Assembly (NCBI GenBank): GCA_944325605.1
Contig: CALVAX010000010.1
Span: 5,933 to 69,932 of the forward strand
Direction: 5' to 3'
DNA: 64,000 nt
From: Candidatus Gastranaerophilales bacterium
GTDB lineage: Bacteria; Cyanobacteriota; Vampirovibrionia; Gastranaerophilales; Gastranaerophilaceae
Within the stretch, counting starts at the first letter, position 1. Every line of letters starts with the position of its first letter. A program made the translations under genes and the position numbers. The notes beneath the pieces are model-generated. The model was not told the DNA's origin and ran no database searches. It saw nothing but the letters and a program-made list of their open reading frames with translations. This document shows positions 30,201 to 37,999 of the stretch, in pieces.

Positions 30201-30749
30201 ACATCTTACGGTTGCATTCTTTTTATTCGTAAGCTTAAAGTTAAGCTTTGTCATCTCAGTAATCAGGGTGACGGCTGCCGAAATAGCTGTATTGACACTG
30301 CTGTTAAAGGTATAATCTTTATCAAAGCGCAAAATATATGTATTATTCAAAACCTGACGCCTTATTCCGGCCGATTTTGCAACGTCAAAGATAATTTTGT
30401 CCAGTTTAATTTTAAATTTATTCAACAGCTGAACAGAGCCTAAAAGATTTCTTAATTCGTTGACGTTCGGAAAGTCAATTGTCATAAGTGCAAAATTGTC
30501 GGTATTTGATTCATTTAGAATAACACTCTGCTCAAGAGAAAATCCGCATTTTTTGCACTTTTTATCGACGGTCTGATTAATTTTACCGCACTTGTTGCAC
30601 TTTGTAATAATAACGTAACCGCATTTTTTACAGGTATTTGTTTTATTGATGGTTTTACAAATCGGGCAAACGACTTTCAGCACCTTTTTACAATTGGGGC
30701 ACACCGTCGTTTTTTCATCTATTTCTAAACCGCATTTTGGACATTCCAT
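27234..30749 (-). CDS. large multidomain protein: 4 zinc ribbons + degenerate class III cyclase-like domain + helical/TPR-like region + acidic tail
   Basis: CPKCG..CPNC, CPIC..CKKCG, CNKCG..CKKCG. FALMTIDFPNV...ILRFDKD...RCNMFILRRS follows the cyclase-homology pattern without catalytic residues. No Walker A seen. Confidence 0.6.
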   Translation of the reverse strand: MECPKCGLEIDEKTTVCPNCKKVLKVVCPICKTINKTNTCKKCGYVIITKCNKCGKINQTVDKKCKKCGFSLEQSVILNESNTDNFALMTIDFPNVNELRNLLGSVQLLNKFKIKLDKIIFDVAKSAGIRRQVLNNTYILRFDKDYTFNSSVNTAISAAVTLITEMTKLNFKLTNKKNATVRCNMFILRRSIDDNPYDIKSGFNISMVKQSESAKERALNTSQIIVDNYVKESLGAEYSSSPLNSVMLKGEMVMFHEVDISSRIKINYEDLEDKPDEELEVPNFVQNMLVEQDKLDGEALSKLESPTDPDAIYDIETIHFNEIQCEFIRTENIDVFYHMINRLSEHPYGICAIKTAPLYVPYSLKIISTIEELNIYKNIISITCYDEMKYSPYSFFRELVSAIFEFTVSQKLFSSNDFSMFKSIDPDGLIKDLVTLQERGIDETKARHLTYYDLFFTLMNAIPETLIFIENFEKIDASSYEVMKFLFEQFERLKVSYLISYDKSFSLHKDVYSLMSKPYYTEITLKPTSFKRMIEENKEYYRKIMDSFYFHRIAKYSFGSILFLDIAIQYLIESGVYEANDDCIELVNPKTIIIPSSLRKLMKRRLNLLEDDPDAIKFLATCVLMGTRVDQDTIKSLKYDNIDEIISKLSDMGYIYFWNNCMYFPNYTLLLESILSMLNKELLHDVANDMFTKVFVDSMPSPVKAYIYRLLEDYKSEFLEWENLAKINLSLGDYNAYVNCAGKILELLDKNTDEEKQEEIDKYKLDLSENIANNLFAYDPQKSAGIAEHTLSRLEQAGENDRIIELCNKMIQGYLREGKYTHALELTHKILSRLPSASIDPSASDFNKYFFQMSLVHIEILFNVGALDDCIDIGLKVLSFINQSTLELLRPEFFTKEEFEAIVVDAVGFVALACVLQMKGNVKEFLNIVKSDLPQIPPSYDIFPALESFMKGDHSAYSPVMVSDRDRFSGILFHIMEAFHKYSNDSNGFAEEIYAAKRIARFNHLHQLELFCDLMIGKAYYDMESFDKASLIIYKIIKTTGDNGMSDLTYVAWLMMSEMSLRQGRYTVAYGIINNSLIQLEKADGSNEYLLMLFKYQMFKVLMYKQQIEQAKICIVQCSYLTQKYGIQFNFDTDASHYVPMVDPDEEQDNQSNIQVGVGAGKSEDEDESEE

Positions 30750-30792
30750 ACAAAAATTATACCATAATCACATTTTTCAGTACAATATATTT

Positions 30793-31962
30793 TTAATTGT
30801 ATCTGATACCAGCATCTTTCATTCTTTGAATACATTTTTTAATAGTGTCAACATCTTTTGTAAGCGCAACACGGAAGTATCCTTCTCCGCATCTTCCGTA
30901 ACCGTTTCCCGGCGGAACAACGATGTTGGCTTTTTCAAGCATTTCAGTTGCAAATTCTTCACTTGTTTTGCCTTTAGGAACAGGAAGCCAGAGGTAGAAA
31001 GTAGCTTTTGACGGTTTAATATTCCAGCCGAGTTCTCTAAAACCGTTTTCAGCAGCATCGCGTCGTTCCTGATACATTTTGTTCAAATTGTCAATAAGCG
31101 ATTGATCAACAGTGAAGGCTTTTGCTGCGGCATCCTGAATAGCTTTAAAAGTGCCGCTGTCGATGTTGTTTTTGATAGTACCGAGCGCCTTAATTGCCTG
31201 AGCGTTTCCGCAGACAAACCCGACCCTCCAGCCGGTCATATTGTAAGATTTTGAATGCGAATAAAATTCAATCGCAACATCTTTTCCGCCTTCGACCTGC
31301 AAAACCGAAGGTGCCTTGTATCCGTCAAAAGTCATTTCAGAATATGCCATATCAGAACAAAGCAAAATATCGTATTTTTTACAGAAATCCACGGCTTTTT
31401 TGAAGAATTCAAGATCTGCAACAGCTCCTGTCGGGTTGTTCGGATAATTCAGGAACATTAATTTTGATTTTTTAGCGATATCTTCCGGAATTTTGTCAAA
31501 ATCAGGCAGGTAGCCGTTTTCTTCTAATAACGGCATCTCATAAGGTGTTCCGCCTGCAAAGATAGTTGCATTATGATAAACCGGATACCCCGGATCCGGA
31601 ACAAGCGTGTAATCTCCCTTGTCTACAAAAGCCAGAAATACATGTGCAATTGCTTCTTTTGAACCGATATTGGCAAGCATTTCTGTATCAGGATTTAATT
31701 CAACGCCGAATCTTCTTTTCATCCAGCTGCAGGCAGCTTTGCGGAAATTTTCCGTACCGTTGTAAGGAGGATAGTCATGATTTTTCGGATTGTCAATTGC
31801 CCTGTGCATTTCTTCAACCACCGGCGCTAAAGTCGGAGTGTCGGGATCTCCAATCCCCAGACTTATGACATCACAGCCTTTTGCCTTTGCTTCTGCAATT
31901 TTTCTGTCTATTTCTGCAAACAGGTAAGGCGGAATTTTTTCCAAGCGTTCTGAAACTTTCAT
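30793..31962 (-). CDS. dapL: class I PLP aminotransferase, LL-diaminopimelate aminotransferase-like
   Basis: IPPYLFAEIDRKI...ISLGIGDPD and SKSYNMTGWRVG (PLP lysine). Confidence 0.7.
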   Translation of the reverse strand: MKVSERLEKIPPYLFAEIDRKIAEAKAKGCDVISLGIGDPDTPTLAPVVEEMHRAIDNPKNHDYPPYNGTENFRKAACSWMKRRFGVELNPDTEMLANIGSKEAIAHVFLAFVDKGDYTLVPDPGYPVYHNATIFAGGTPYEMPLLEENGYLPDFDKIPEDIAKKSKLMFLNYPNNPTGAVADLEFFKKAVDFCKKYDILLCSDMAYSEMTFDGYKAPSVLQVEGGKDVAIEFYSHSKSYNMTGWRVGFVCGNAQAIKALGTIKNNIDSGTFKAIQDAAAKAFTVDQSLIDNLNKMYQERRDAAENGFRELGWNIKPSKATFYLWLPVPKGKTSEEFATEMLEKANIVVPPGNGYGRCGEGYFRVALTKDVDTIKKCIQRMKDAGIRYN

Positions 31963-32064
31963 AACTTCTCCTTCTAAAAATTTTACAATAAGACTGATTT
32001 TATGGTATCATAAAATTATCAAAATGAACAATAGTGTAAAATTTTTATACACACAGGCGGGGAA

Positions 32065-33141
32065 ATGAGTATAATTCCAGACAACAACGATTTCAAAACA
32101 GAACACAATATAACACGCAAAAATCCCGTAGTAAAAGCGGAAAGCCTTGACTCGGACAAAAATTTTGAAAACTCAATCCGCCCGAAATCTTTTGAAGCAT
32201 ATATTGGTCAAAGCGCCTTAAAAGAAACCCTTAAAATCACGATAGAAGCAGCGAAAAAAAGAGAGCAGCCGCTTGATCATCTATTATTTTACGGCCCTCC
32301 GGGGCTTGGCAAAACAACTCTGGCCGGAGTAATTGCAGAACAAATGGGGGTTAATATAAGAATAACCTCGGCGCCGGCGCTTGAAAGACCCCGCGATATT
32401 ATCGGAATTTTGATGTCCCTGAAGGGCGGCGAAATCCTGTTTATTGACGAAATCCACAGATTAAACAAAGTTGCGGAAGAAATTTTGTATCCTGCAATGG
32501 AGGATTTTTTCCTTGATATGACAACCGGAAAAAGCCAGACAGTCAAAACACTACGGGTTCCGCTCCCTAAATTCACACTAATCGGCGCGACCACAAAAGC
32601 CGGCGAGCTTTCAGGCCCGCTGCGCGACAGATTCGGAATTATACACAGGCTTGAATTTTATACGGAAGATGAACTTGCAAAAGTTATTACAAGAACAGCA
32701 GGGATTTTGAATATAGAAATTACGGAAGAAGGCGCGCGCGCAATCGCAAAACGCTCGAGAGGAACACCGAGAATTGCAAACAGGCTTGTAAAGAGAGTAA
32801 GTGACTTTGCGCTGGTCAAACACGACGGCAAAATTACAGAAAAAGTTGCCAACGACTCTCTTGATATTTTAAAAATCGACGCCTTCGGACTTGACACAAC
32901 TGACAGAAGCCTGCTTAAACTTATAATCGAAAAATACGACGGCGGCCCGGTCGGCGTGGAAACAATTGCCGCAGCAATAGGAGAGGATGTACGAACTATT
33001 GAAGATGTCTGCGAGCCGTATCTACTACAGGCAGGGCTTTTGCAGAGAACCCCGAGAGGCAGAAAAGTTTCTCCTGCTGCCTACAGACACCTCGGGATTA
33101 CGGACAGGGACATAAACGACCAGAAAAGTTTGTGGAATTAA
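32065..33141 (+). CDS. ruvB: Holliday junction branch migration helicase RuvB
   Basis: [21 protein letters not shown] and TPRIANRL motifs. Confidence 0.95.
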   Translation: MSIIPDNNDFKTEHNITRKNPVVKAESLDSDKNFENSIRPKSFEAYIGQSALKETLKITIEAAKKREQPLDHLLFYGPPGLGKTTLAGVIAEQMGVNIRITSAPALERPRDIIGILMSLKGGEILFIDEIHRLNKVAEEILYPAMEDFFLDMTTGKSQTVKTLRVPLPKFTLIGATTKAGELSGPLRDRFGIIHRLEFYTEDELAKVITRTAGILNIEITEEGARAIAKRSRGTPRIANRLVKRVSDFALVKHDGKITEKVANDSLDILKIDAFGLDTTDRSLLKLIIEKYDGGPVGVETIAAAIGEDVRTIEDVCEPYLLQAGLLQRTPRGRKVSPAAYRHLGITDRDINDQKSLWN

Positions 33142-33244
33142 TTTACCACGGGTAGTCATCGCGGATTTCCCAGCCGTCGGTCATTATGAGAGCAGAGCAG
33201 AATGCGCCGTTGGTTTGTCCTGCTTGTTTACTGCAGCCGTAGCG

Positions 33245-33937
33245 TCACGCTGACTTTAGATACTCACGGTCAAATGTGTCATAAGCGTTTCCCATATCGC
33301 AGGTGCCTTTATATCCGTAAGGCACAAGTCCGTATTCCTGAGATATTGAAAACATAAACAAATCCCGACCAAACCTGTTTGGCTTCTTGTAGCCGTTCAA
33401 ATCAAGCACAATGTCAAAAGCCTTTCTTGTCATTGCTGTACTGCCACCTGTAATATAAAATGTCATTCCGTCGACCGTGCTTACAACTAAAGCATTTGAA
33501 TAAAATAGAGTAAAAGTATTCTCAACACTCCCGTTCGGGCGTGTGTATTGCACTTTATCCGAAATTTTGCCGTATGTTGTTTCATTTATTTTTGCAAAAT
33601 GAGGTTTTAAGTACTGGTTGAAAAAGTCCGCATTTGACTGATTAAAATTCCAGTATTTAACGCTTTCATTGTGAACTTCTGAAAGCTCAATTGCCTGCGC
33701 CATAACGGAATAGGCCTTCTTTAACCGGTTTATGGTTTCGGCTTTCTGGTACCCTTCAATTACGCCCGGAAGTGTCATAGCTGCAACTATTCCGATTATT
33801 CCGAGGGTAATCAGGACTTCCGCCATTGTGAAGGCCGCGTGTTTGGATTTTTTCCTGTCATTCTGAACGGAGTGAAGAATCCAATTACGTTTTAAGTGGA
33901 TCCTTCGCCTTTGGCTCAGGATGACGCTTAATTCCAT
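33245..33937 (-). CDS. prepilin-type (type IV pilin/pseudopilin-like) protein, copy 1, probably disrupted
   Basis: AFTMAEVLITLGIIGIVAAMTLPG class III signal. An in-frame TGA at 33245-33247 is followed by 33 more pilin-like codons to TAA 33143. The leader is not connectable to the upstream start. Confidence 0.7.
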   Translation of the reverse strand: MELSVILSQRRRIHLKRNWILHSVQNDRKKSKHAAFTMAEVLITLGIIGIVAAMTLPGVIEGYQKAETINRLKKAYSVMAQAIELSEVHNESVKYWNFNQSNADFFNQYLKPHFAKINETTYGKISDKVQYTRPNGSVENTFTLFYSNALVVSTVDGMTFYITGGSTAMTRKAFDIVLDLNGYKKPNRFGRDLFMFSISQEYGLVPYGYKGTCDMGNAYDTFDREYLKSA

Positions 33938-33982
33938 TACTTTCGGCTAAAACGCTTGAAGGAGCCTGATTATAGGTTGCCA

Positions 33983-33991
33983 CCCCCCCCC
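33983..33991 (-). repeat. homopolymeric tract (G9 then TGG on coding strand) in pilin-1 leader cassette
   Basis: 9 C on the plus strand. It is the interrupted version of the 12-mer tract at 51679-51690. Confidence 0.9.
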
Positions 33992-34060
33992 GTAAATTCA
34001 ATCATAGTACGGCTTTTCATACTCTTAGCTCCTTTGCTTTTTCACGTTCGTTACTCTTTT

Positions 34061-34089
34061 ATTTTAGCATGATTTTTTATGCTTTTCAA
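34061..34089 (-). promoter_or_regulatory. pilin-1 promoter
   Basis: The minus strand reads TTGAAA, 17 nt, (TGC)TAAAAT. AAGGAG and ATG 34020 follow downstream. Confidence 0.65.
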
Positions 34090-34128
34090 GGGAAGGGAAT
34101 TTTTTTGCGTGAAGGACTTTTCACACTT

Positions 34129-34218
34129 CCGCCCCATTTTGTCATGCTGAGTTTATCTCAGTATCTCAACGGGATTCTGAAACAAGTTCAGAATGACAGT
34201 GTAAGACAAAATGGGGCG
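34129..34218. mobile_element. MITE-like element E1, short form (90 bp)
   Basis: 14-bp perfect terminal inverted repeats CGCCCCATTTTGTC / GACAAAATGGGGCG. Confidence 0.7.
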
Positions 34219-34468
34219 ATTTCTTATCGCCTTTATTCCGAAACTAACCTTTCAACCTTTCACCCATTCCACTATTCAACTCTCCTCACGCTTCACGCTT
34301 CACTCTTCACTTTCCCGTCCGCCCCCTCACCCTGACCCTCAGCCATTCGGCATACAGTCTCACTCGGCTCGTTCCTCGCCGGTTCGAACTAGCATCCCAC
34401 AAGGGGAGATGGAAAATATTTTACTTAACAAACCTTTCAACTTTTCAACTATCTTCACTCTTCACTTT

Positions 34469-34644
34469 CGCCCCATTTTGTCATCCTGAGTTTGCGGATT
34501 TTCGGTAGGGTGAAGCAAAGCGGAACCCGTAAGGTGCGGGTCGGACGTTACTCCGCCCGCACCCCGAATAATCCAAGATAGTCTCAGTATCTCAACGGGA
34601 TTCTGAAACAAGTTCAGAATGACAGTGGTAGACAAAATGGGGCG
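34469..34644. mobile_element. MITE-like element E1, long form (176 bp) with nested 86-bp GC-rich insert (34494-34579)
   Basis: Same 14-bp TIRs. It matches 50223-50398 over the insert and most of the body, with differences only just inside the right TIR. Confidence 0.7.
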
Positions 34645-34724
34645 ATTTCTTACCGCATTTTTCTGAAACTAACCACTCAACTTTTCAACCATTCACCATT
34701 TCAACCCTCTTCACACCTCACTTT

Positions 34725-34830
34725 GTTAGAACCTGACTTACAAATCACCCACACCCGAAATTGTAAGTTCGCTAATGCTCACTAACAATTTCTTCCCTCT
34801 CCCCTCAAGGGAGAGGGGATTTATTTTACG
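34725..34830 (+). repeat. 106-bp palindromic module E3, copy a
   Basis: Identical to 35006-35111 and 52004-52109. It ends in the hairpin CCTCTCCC/GGGAGAGG followed by ATTTATTTT. Confidence 0.9.
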
Positions 34831-35005
34831 TAAAGAACTTTTCGTCTTATCGTCCTTACGTCTTTATTTAAAGTGAATAAGTGAATAGGTGATGAAGTGA
34901 ATAAGTTCTTTGCGGCGCTTCGCGCAAATTTTAATTAAACATTACGCACTTATTCACCTATTAATTTTCAACTCTCCTCACGCTTCACACCTCACCCCTC
35001 ACTCT

Positions 35006-35111
35006 GTTAGAACCTGACTTACAAATCACCCACACCCGAAATTGTAAGTTCGCTAATGCTCACTAACAATTTCTTCCCTCTCCCCTCAAGGGAGAGGGGA
35101 TTTATTTTACG
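35006..35111 (+). repeat. 106-bp palindromic module E3, copy b
   Basis: Identical to copy a. Confidence 0.9.
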
Positions 35112-35335
35112 AAACAAACCTTTCAACCATTCAACTTTTCAACTTTTCAACCTTTCAACTCTTCTCACGCTTCACACCTCACTCTGATAAAAACTTAACG
35201 CCATATCGCCTTGCAGTCTTATCGCCTTTTTTCGAAACAAACCACTCAACTTTTCAACCATTCACCCTTTCAACCCTCCTCTCTCTTCACTGAAAATGTT
35301 TTCATGGTAAAATTGCTGTCAAAAGGGGATTCGTG

Positions 35336-36442
35336 ATGAAAAAAATTTTAGTTCTTTTTGTTTTAATTATAACAATTTTTGCAAGACCGGCGTTTGCGCA
35401 GAACGAAGAAAGCATTCTGCCGTCCGAAACCGGTGCTGTTATGTCTGTTGAAAATATTTACAGTGATGACAACCCCAACCAGCAGGGCACACAGCAGATT
35501 GTGAAAGTTAAAATTCTCTCAGGTGAATACAAAGGGCAGGAAAGGGATATTATAAATATTTTAACGGAAAATCCGGCCTACGACATACAGCTTAAAAAAG
35601 GCGACAAGGTTGTGCTCCACCTCGAAGAAGACCCGACCGGAGGAATGAACTTTTTTATTGCAGATTTGAAACGTGATTCTTCAATAATGCTCTTTGCCTT
35701 TATATTTTGTGCGTTTCTCGCTGTTATCGGCAGAAAAAAAGGCGTTTTCAGTCTTGTTTCAATAATTGCAACCGTCGGATTAATCCTTTTTGTTATGATG
35801 CCGCTGATTCTGGCAGGATTTTGCCCGATTGCGTCAGCAATAATCGTCGGCGCATTAAGCACGCTGATTACAATATATCTTGTCGGCGGGTTCAATGCTA
35901 AAAGTACGTCTGCAATTTTAGGCACTATGTTCAGTCTTGTTTTTGCCGGAGTACTCTCTATTCTTGCGATTTATACTGCACATCTGACCGGATTTGCAGG
36001 CGAAGAAACTTTATTCCTGTACGGCGCAAGACCGGATTTGAGTTTCACCGGAATTTTGTCTGCCTCTATGATTATCGCGGCTCTCGGCGCATTGATGGAT
36101 ACTTCTGTTTCTATCGCAAGCACAATCAACGAAATTCACGAAACCGACGAAACTCTCGGGGTTGTCGAACTTTTTAAATCCGGAATGAACGTCGGCCGCG
36201 ATATTATCGGAACAATGTCTAATACTTTGATTCTTGTTTATATGGGAAGCGCGCTTCCGCTGGTGCTTCTCGGAAGCAGCATTGACCTTCAGAAGTTCTT
36301 TAATCTCAATCAGGTTTCGACTGAAATTTTGTCGGCGCTCACTGGAAGTATCGCAATCCTTGCATGCGTACCGATTACGGCTATCATTGCGGCTTATCTC
36401 ATTAAAAATAAAAAAGTCCGGAATGTTGATTTTAATTTCTAA
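35336..36442 (+). CDS. YibE/F-like membrane protein
   Basis: Signal peptide, a soluble N-domain (KVKILSGEYKGQE) and about 7 TM segments. A TGGTAAAAT -10 lies at 35305-35313. Confidence 0.6.
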   Translation: MKKILVLFVLIITIFARPAFAQNEESILPSETGAVMSVENIYSDDNPNQQGTQQIVKVKILSGEYKGQERDIINILTENPAYDIQLKKGDKVVLHLEEDPTGGMNFFIADLKRDSSIMLFAFIFCAFLAVIGRKKGVFSLVSIIATVGLILFVMMPLILAGFCPIASAIIVGALSTLITIYLVGGFNAKSTSAILGTMFSLVFAGVLSILAIYTAHLTGFAGEETLFLYGARPDLSFTGILSASMIIAALGALMDTSVSIASTINEIHETDETLGVVELFKSGMNVGRDIIGTMSNTLILVYMGSALPLVLLGSSIDLQKFFNLNQVSTEILSALTGSIAILACVPITAIIAAYLIKNKKVRNVDFNF

Positions 36443-36462
36443 ATTTGTAATATAATTATTTT

Positions 36463-37356
36463 ATGCAAATACTTAAAGAATTAACAAATATACCTGACTT
36501 GTCGCTTGCGCTTGGTTTTTTTGACGGAGTGCACAGGGGGCATCAGGCAGTTATAAATAATGCCGTAAATTATGCGCATGAAAACGGTATAAAATCAGCG
36601 GTTATTACATTTTCTGATCATCCCTGCTGTTATTTTTACGGAGTTGCTCCTAAATATATTCTGACAAGAGATGATCGTGCAAAACACCTTTCAAATCTCG
36701 GGATTGATTATTTGATAGAACTTGATTTTGAAAGTATATCAGGACTTACCGCTGAAGATTACCTGAGAGATGTGCTCGTTAAATATTTTAAACCCCGCGC
36801 CATCACGACAGGCTGGAACCATAATTTCGGATACAAAAAATCCGGAAATGTTAAATTTTTGGAAAAATATTCTAAAAAATTCGATTACAATTACTTTGAA
36901 ATTCCTCCGCAAAAAGTGGATTCAATTACGATAAGCAGCACTACAATCAGGGAATTTCTATCAAATGGTAAAATTGATAAAGCAAATGAAATGCTCGGAT
37001 ACAACTTCACAATCTGCGGAAAAGTTGTAAAAGGACAGCAAATCGGAAGAACCATCGGATTTCCAACGGCAAACATCCTTTATCCATCAGAACTTATTGA
37101 GCTTCCGTTTGGCGTTTATGCCGTTTGTGTCAAAATTAACGACGAGATGTTCAAAGGGATTACAAACTTCGGAATACGCCCGACAGTTTCTGATACAAAA
37201 CAACCTTCCCTTGAAACCCATATCCTTGATTTTGATAAAGATATTTACGGACAAAATATTGAAGTTAAATTTTTAAAAATGATTAGGCCGGAAAAAAAAT
37301 TCGACTCGCTTAATGCATTAAAAACTCAAATCGCTCTTGATATTCAGGCCGTTTAA
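36463..37356 (+). CDS. ribF: bifunctional riboflavin kinase / FMN adenylyltransferase
   Basis: GFFDGVHRGHQ, GKVVKGQQIGRTIGFPTAN and ETHILDF motifs. TATAAT (36451-36456) ends 6 nt before the ATG. Confidence 0.95.
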   Translation: MQILKELTNIPDLSLALGFFDGVHRGHQAVINNAVNYAHENGIKSAVITFSDHPCCYFYGVAPKYILTRDDRAKHLSNLGIDYLIELDFESISGLTAEDYLRDVLVKYFKPRAITTGWNHNFGYKKSGNVKFLEKYSKKFDYNYFEIPPQKVDSITISSTTIREFLSNGKIDKANEMLGYNFTICGKVVKGQQIGRTIGFPTANILYPSELIELPFGVYAVCVKINDEMFKGITNFGIRPTVSDTKQPSLETHILDFDKDIYGQNIEVKFLKMIRPEKKFDSLNALKTQIALDIQAV

Positions 37357-37441
37357 TTATTTTTAAACTCTCTTATTCGCATTAAAAAAGGCTCAAGTCC
37401 TTTATGCCCAAGCCTTTCCTATGTAAAGACCAAACTAAATT

Positions 37442-37987
37442 TTACTTAATCAAAGCCTGAATTTCTTTAAAATGAGGATTTTTAGCAGTCTTAAGCCACT
37501 CAAAAAGAACAATTTCACCACAGCTTACTTTTGCACCGTTTTGTGCCATAAGTTCTATCCCCTGTTTAAATTCATATTTGTTGCGGCTTGCGCATGCATC
37601 TTTCACTACATAAACTTCAAAACCTTCTCTTAACAGCGCGGCAGCTGTCTGGTGCACACAAATATGAGTTTCTATCCCGCAAATTACAATCTGCTTTTTG
37701 CCGTAAGATTTTATTTTATCAAGCACTCCTTCTGTTTCCAGAGCATTAAAGGCTGTTTTTTCAAAAACCGGCGTATTTTGCGGAAATTCTGATGCCACTT
37801 CAGCAACTGTTGCTCCGAGTCCTTTTGGATATTGTTCTGTTACAACAACAGGTATTGACAGAAGAGCAGCGGATTTCACAAGGTTTGAAACCCTTTTAAC
37901 AATTATATTTTTATCAAGTGCATTCACTAACCTTTCCTGCACATCAATAATTAGCAAAAGTGAATTTTCAGGATTTAAAACATTCAT
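37442..37987 (-). CDS. isochorismatase-family cysteine hydrolase
   Basis: LLLIIDVQ, VVTEQYPKGLG and ICGIETHICV (catalytic Cys) motifs. Confidence 0.85.
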   Translation of the reverse strand: MNVLNPENSLLLIIDVQERLVNALDKNIIVKRVSNLVKSAALLSIPVVVTEQYPKGLGATVAEVASEFPQNTPVFEKTAFNALETEGVLDKIKSYGKKQIVICGIETHICVHQTAAALLREGFEVYVVKDACASRNKYEFKQGIELMAQNGAKVSCGEIVLFEWLKTAKNPHFKEIQALIK

Positions 37988-37999
37988 AATTTTCTCCTC

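Larger units (their letters stand above)
34090..35300. repeat. non-coding repeat island A (alternating TTCAAC/TTCAC 8-mer arrays and palindromic modules)
   Basis: The modules recur at 49526-50640 and 51790-52310. There is no credible ORF. Confidence 0.8.

Noticed and set aside
33245-33247. TGA reassignment (genetic code 4/25) or selenocysteine as an explanation for the in-frame TGA in pilin 1.
   Set aside because: TGA terminates full-length, well-conserved genes elsewhere in the window (2541, 14624, 50642). Standard-code translation gives intact proteins throughout. No SECIS-like hairpin or sel genes are seen.
34370-34385. A GGTTCGAAC string resembling a tRNA T-arm.
   Set aside because: No acceptor stem, anticodon arm or D-arm can be drawn around it. 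It lies within a repeat module.
34069-34489. Track ORFs inside the islands: 34069-34335, 34211-34489, 49747-49968, 49965-50150, 50597-51064, 51064-51258, 51454-51636 and 51778-52008.
   Set aside because: They are translations of repeat modules (FNFSTIFTLHF and VILSQRRRI type strings) or antisense to the pilin gene. They have no RBS and no domain-like sequence.
34090-35300. Could the repeat islands (also 49526-50640 and 51790-52310) be CRISPR arrays?
   Set aside because: The recurring units are degenerate, low-complexity and variable in length. The intervening 'spacers' are themselves palindromic and recur in identical copies. No cas genes or leader are present.
37357-37441. Possible terminator hairpin between ribF and the isochorismatase-family gene (AAGGCT...AGCCTT).
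   Set aside because: It has only about 6 bp of stem with a 19-nt loop, which is too weak to call.
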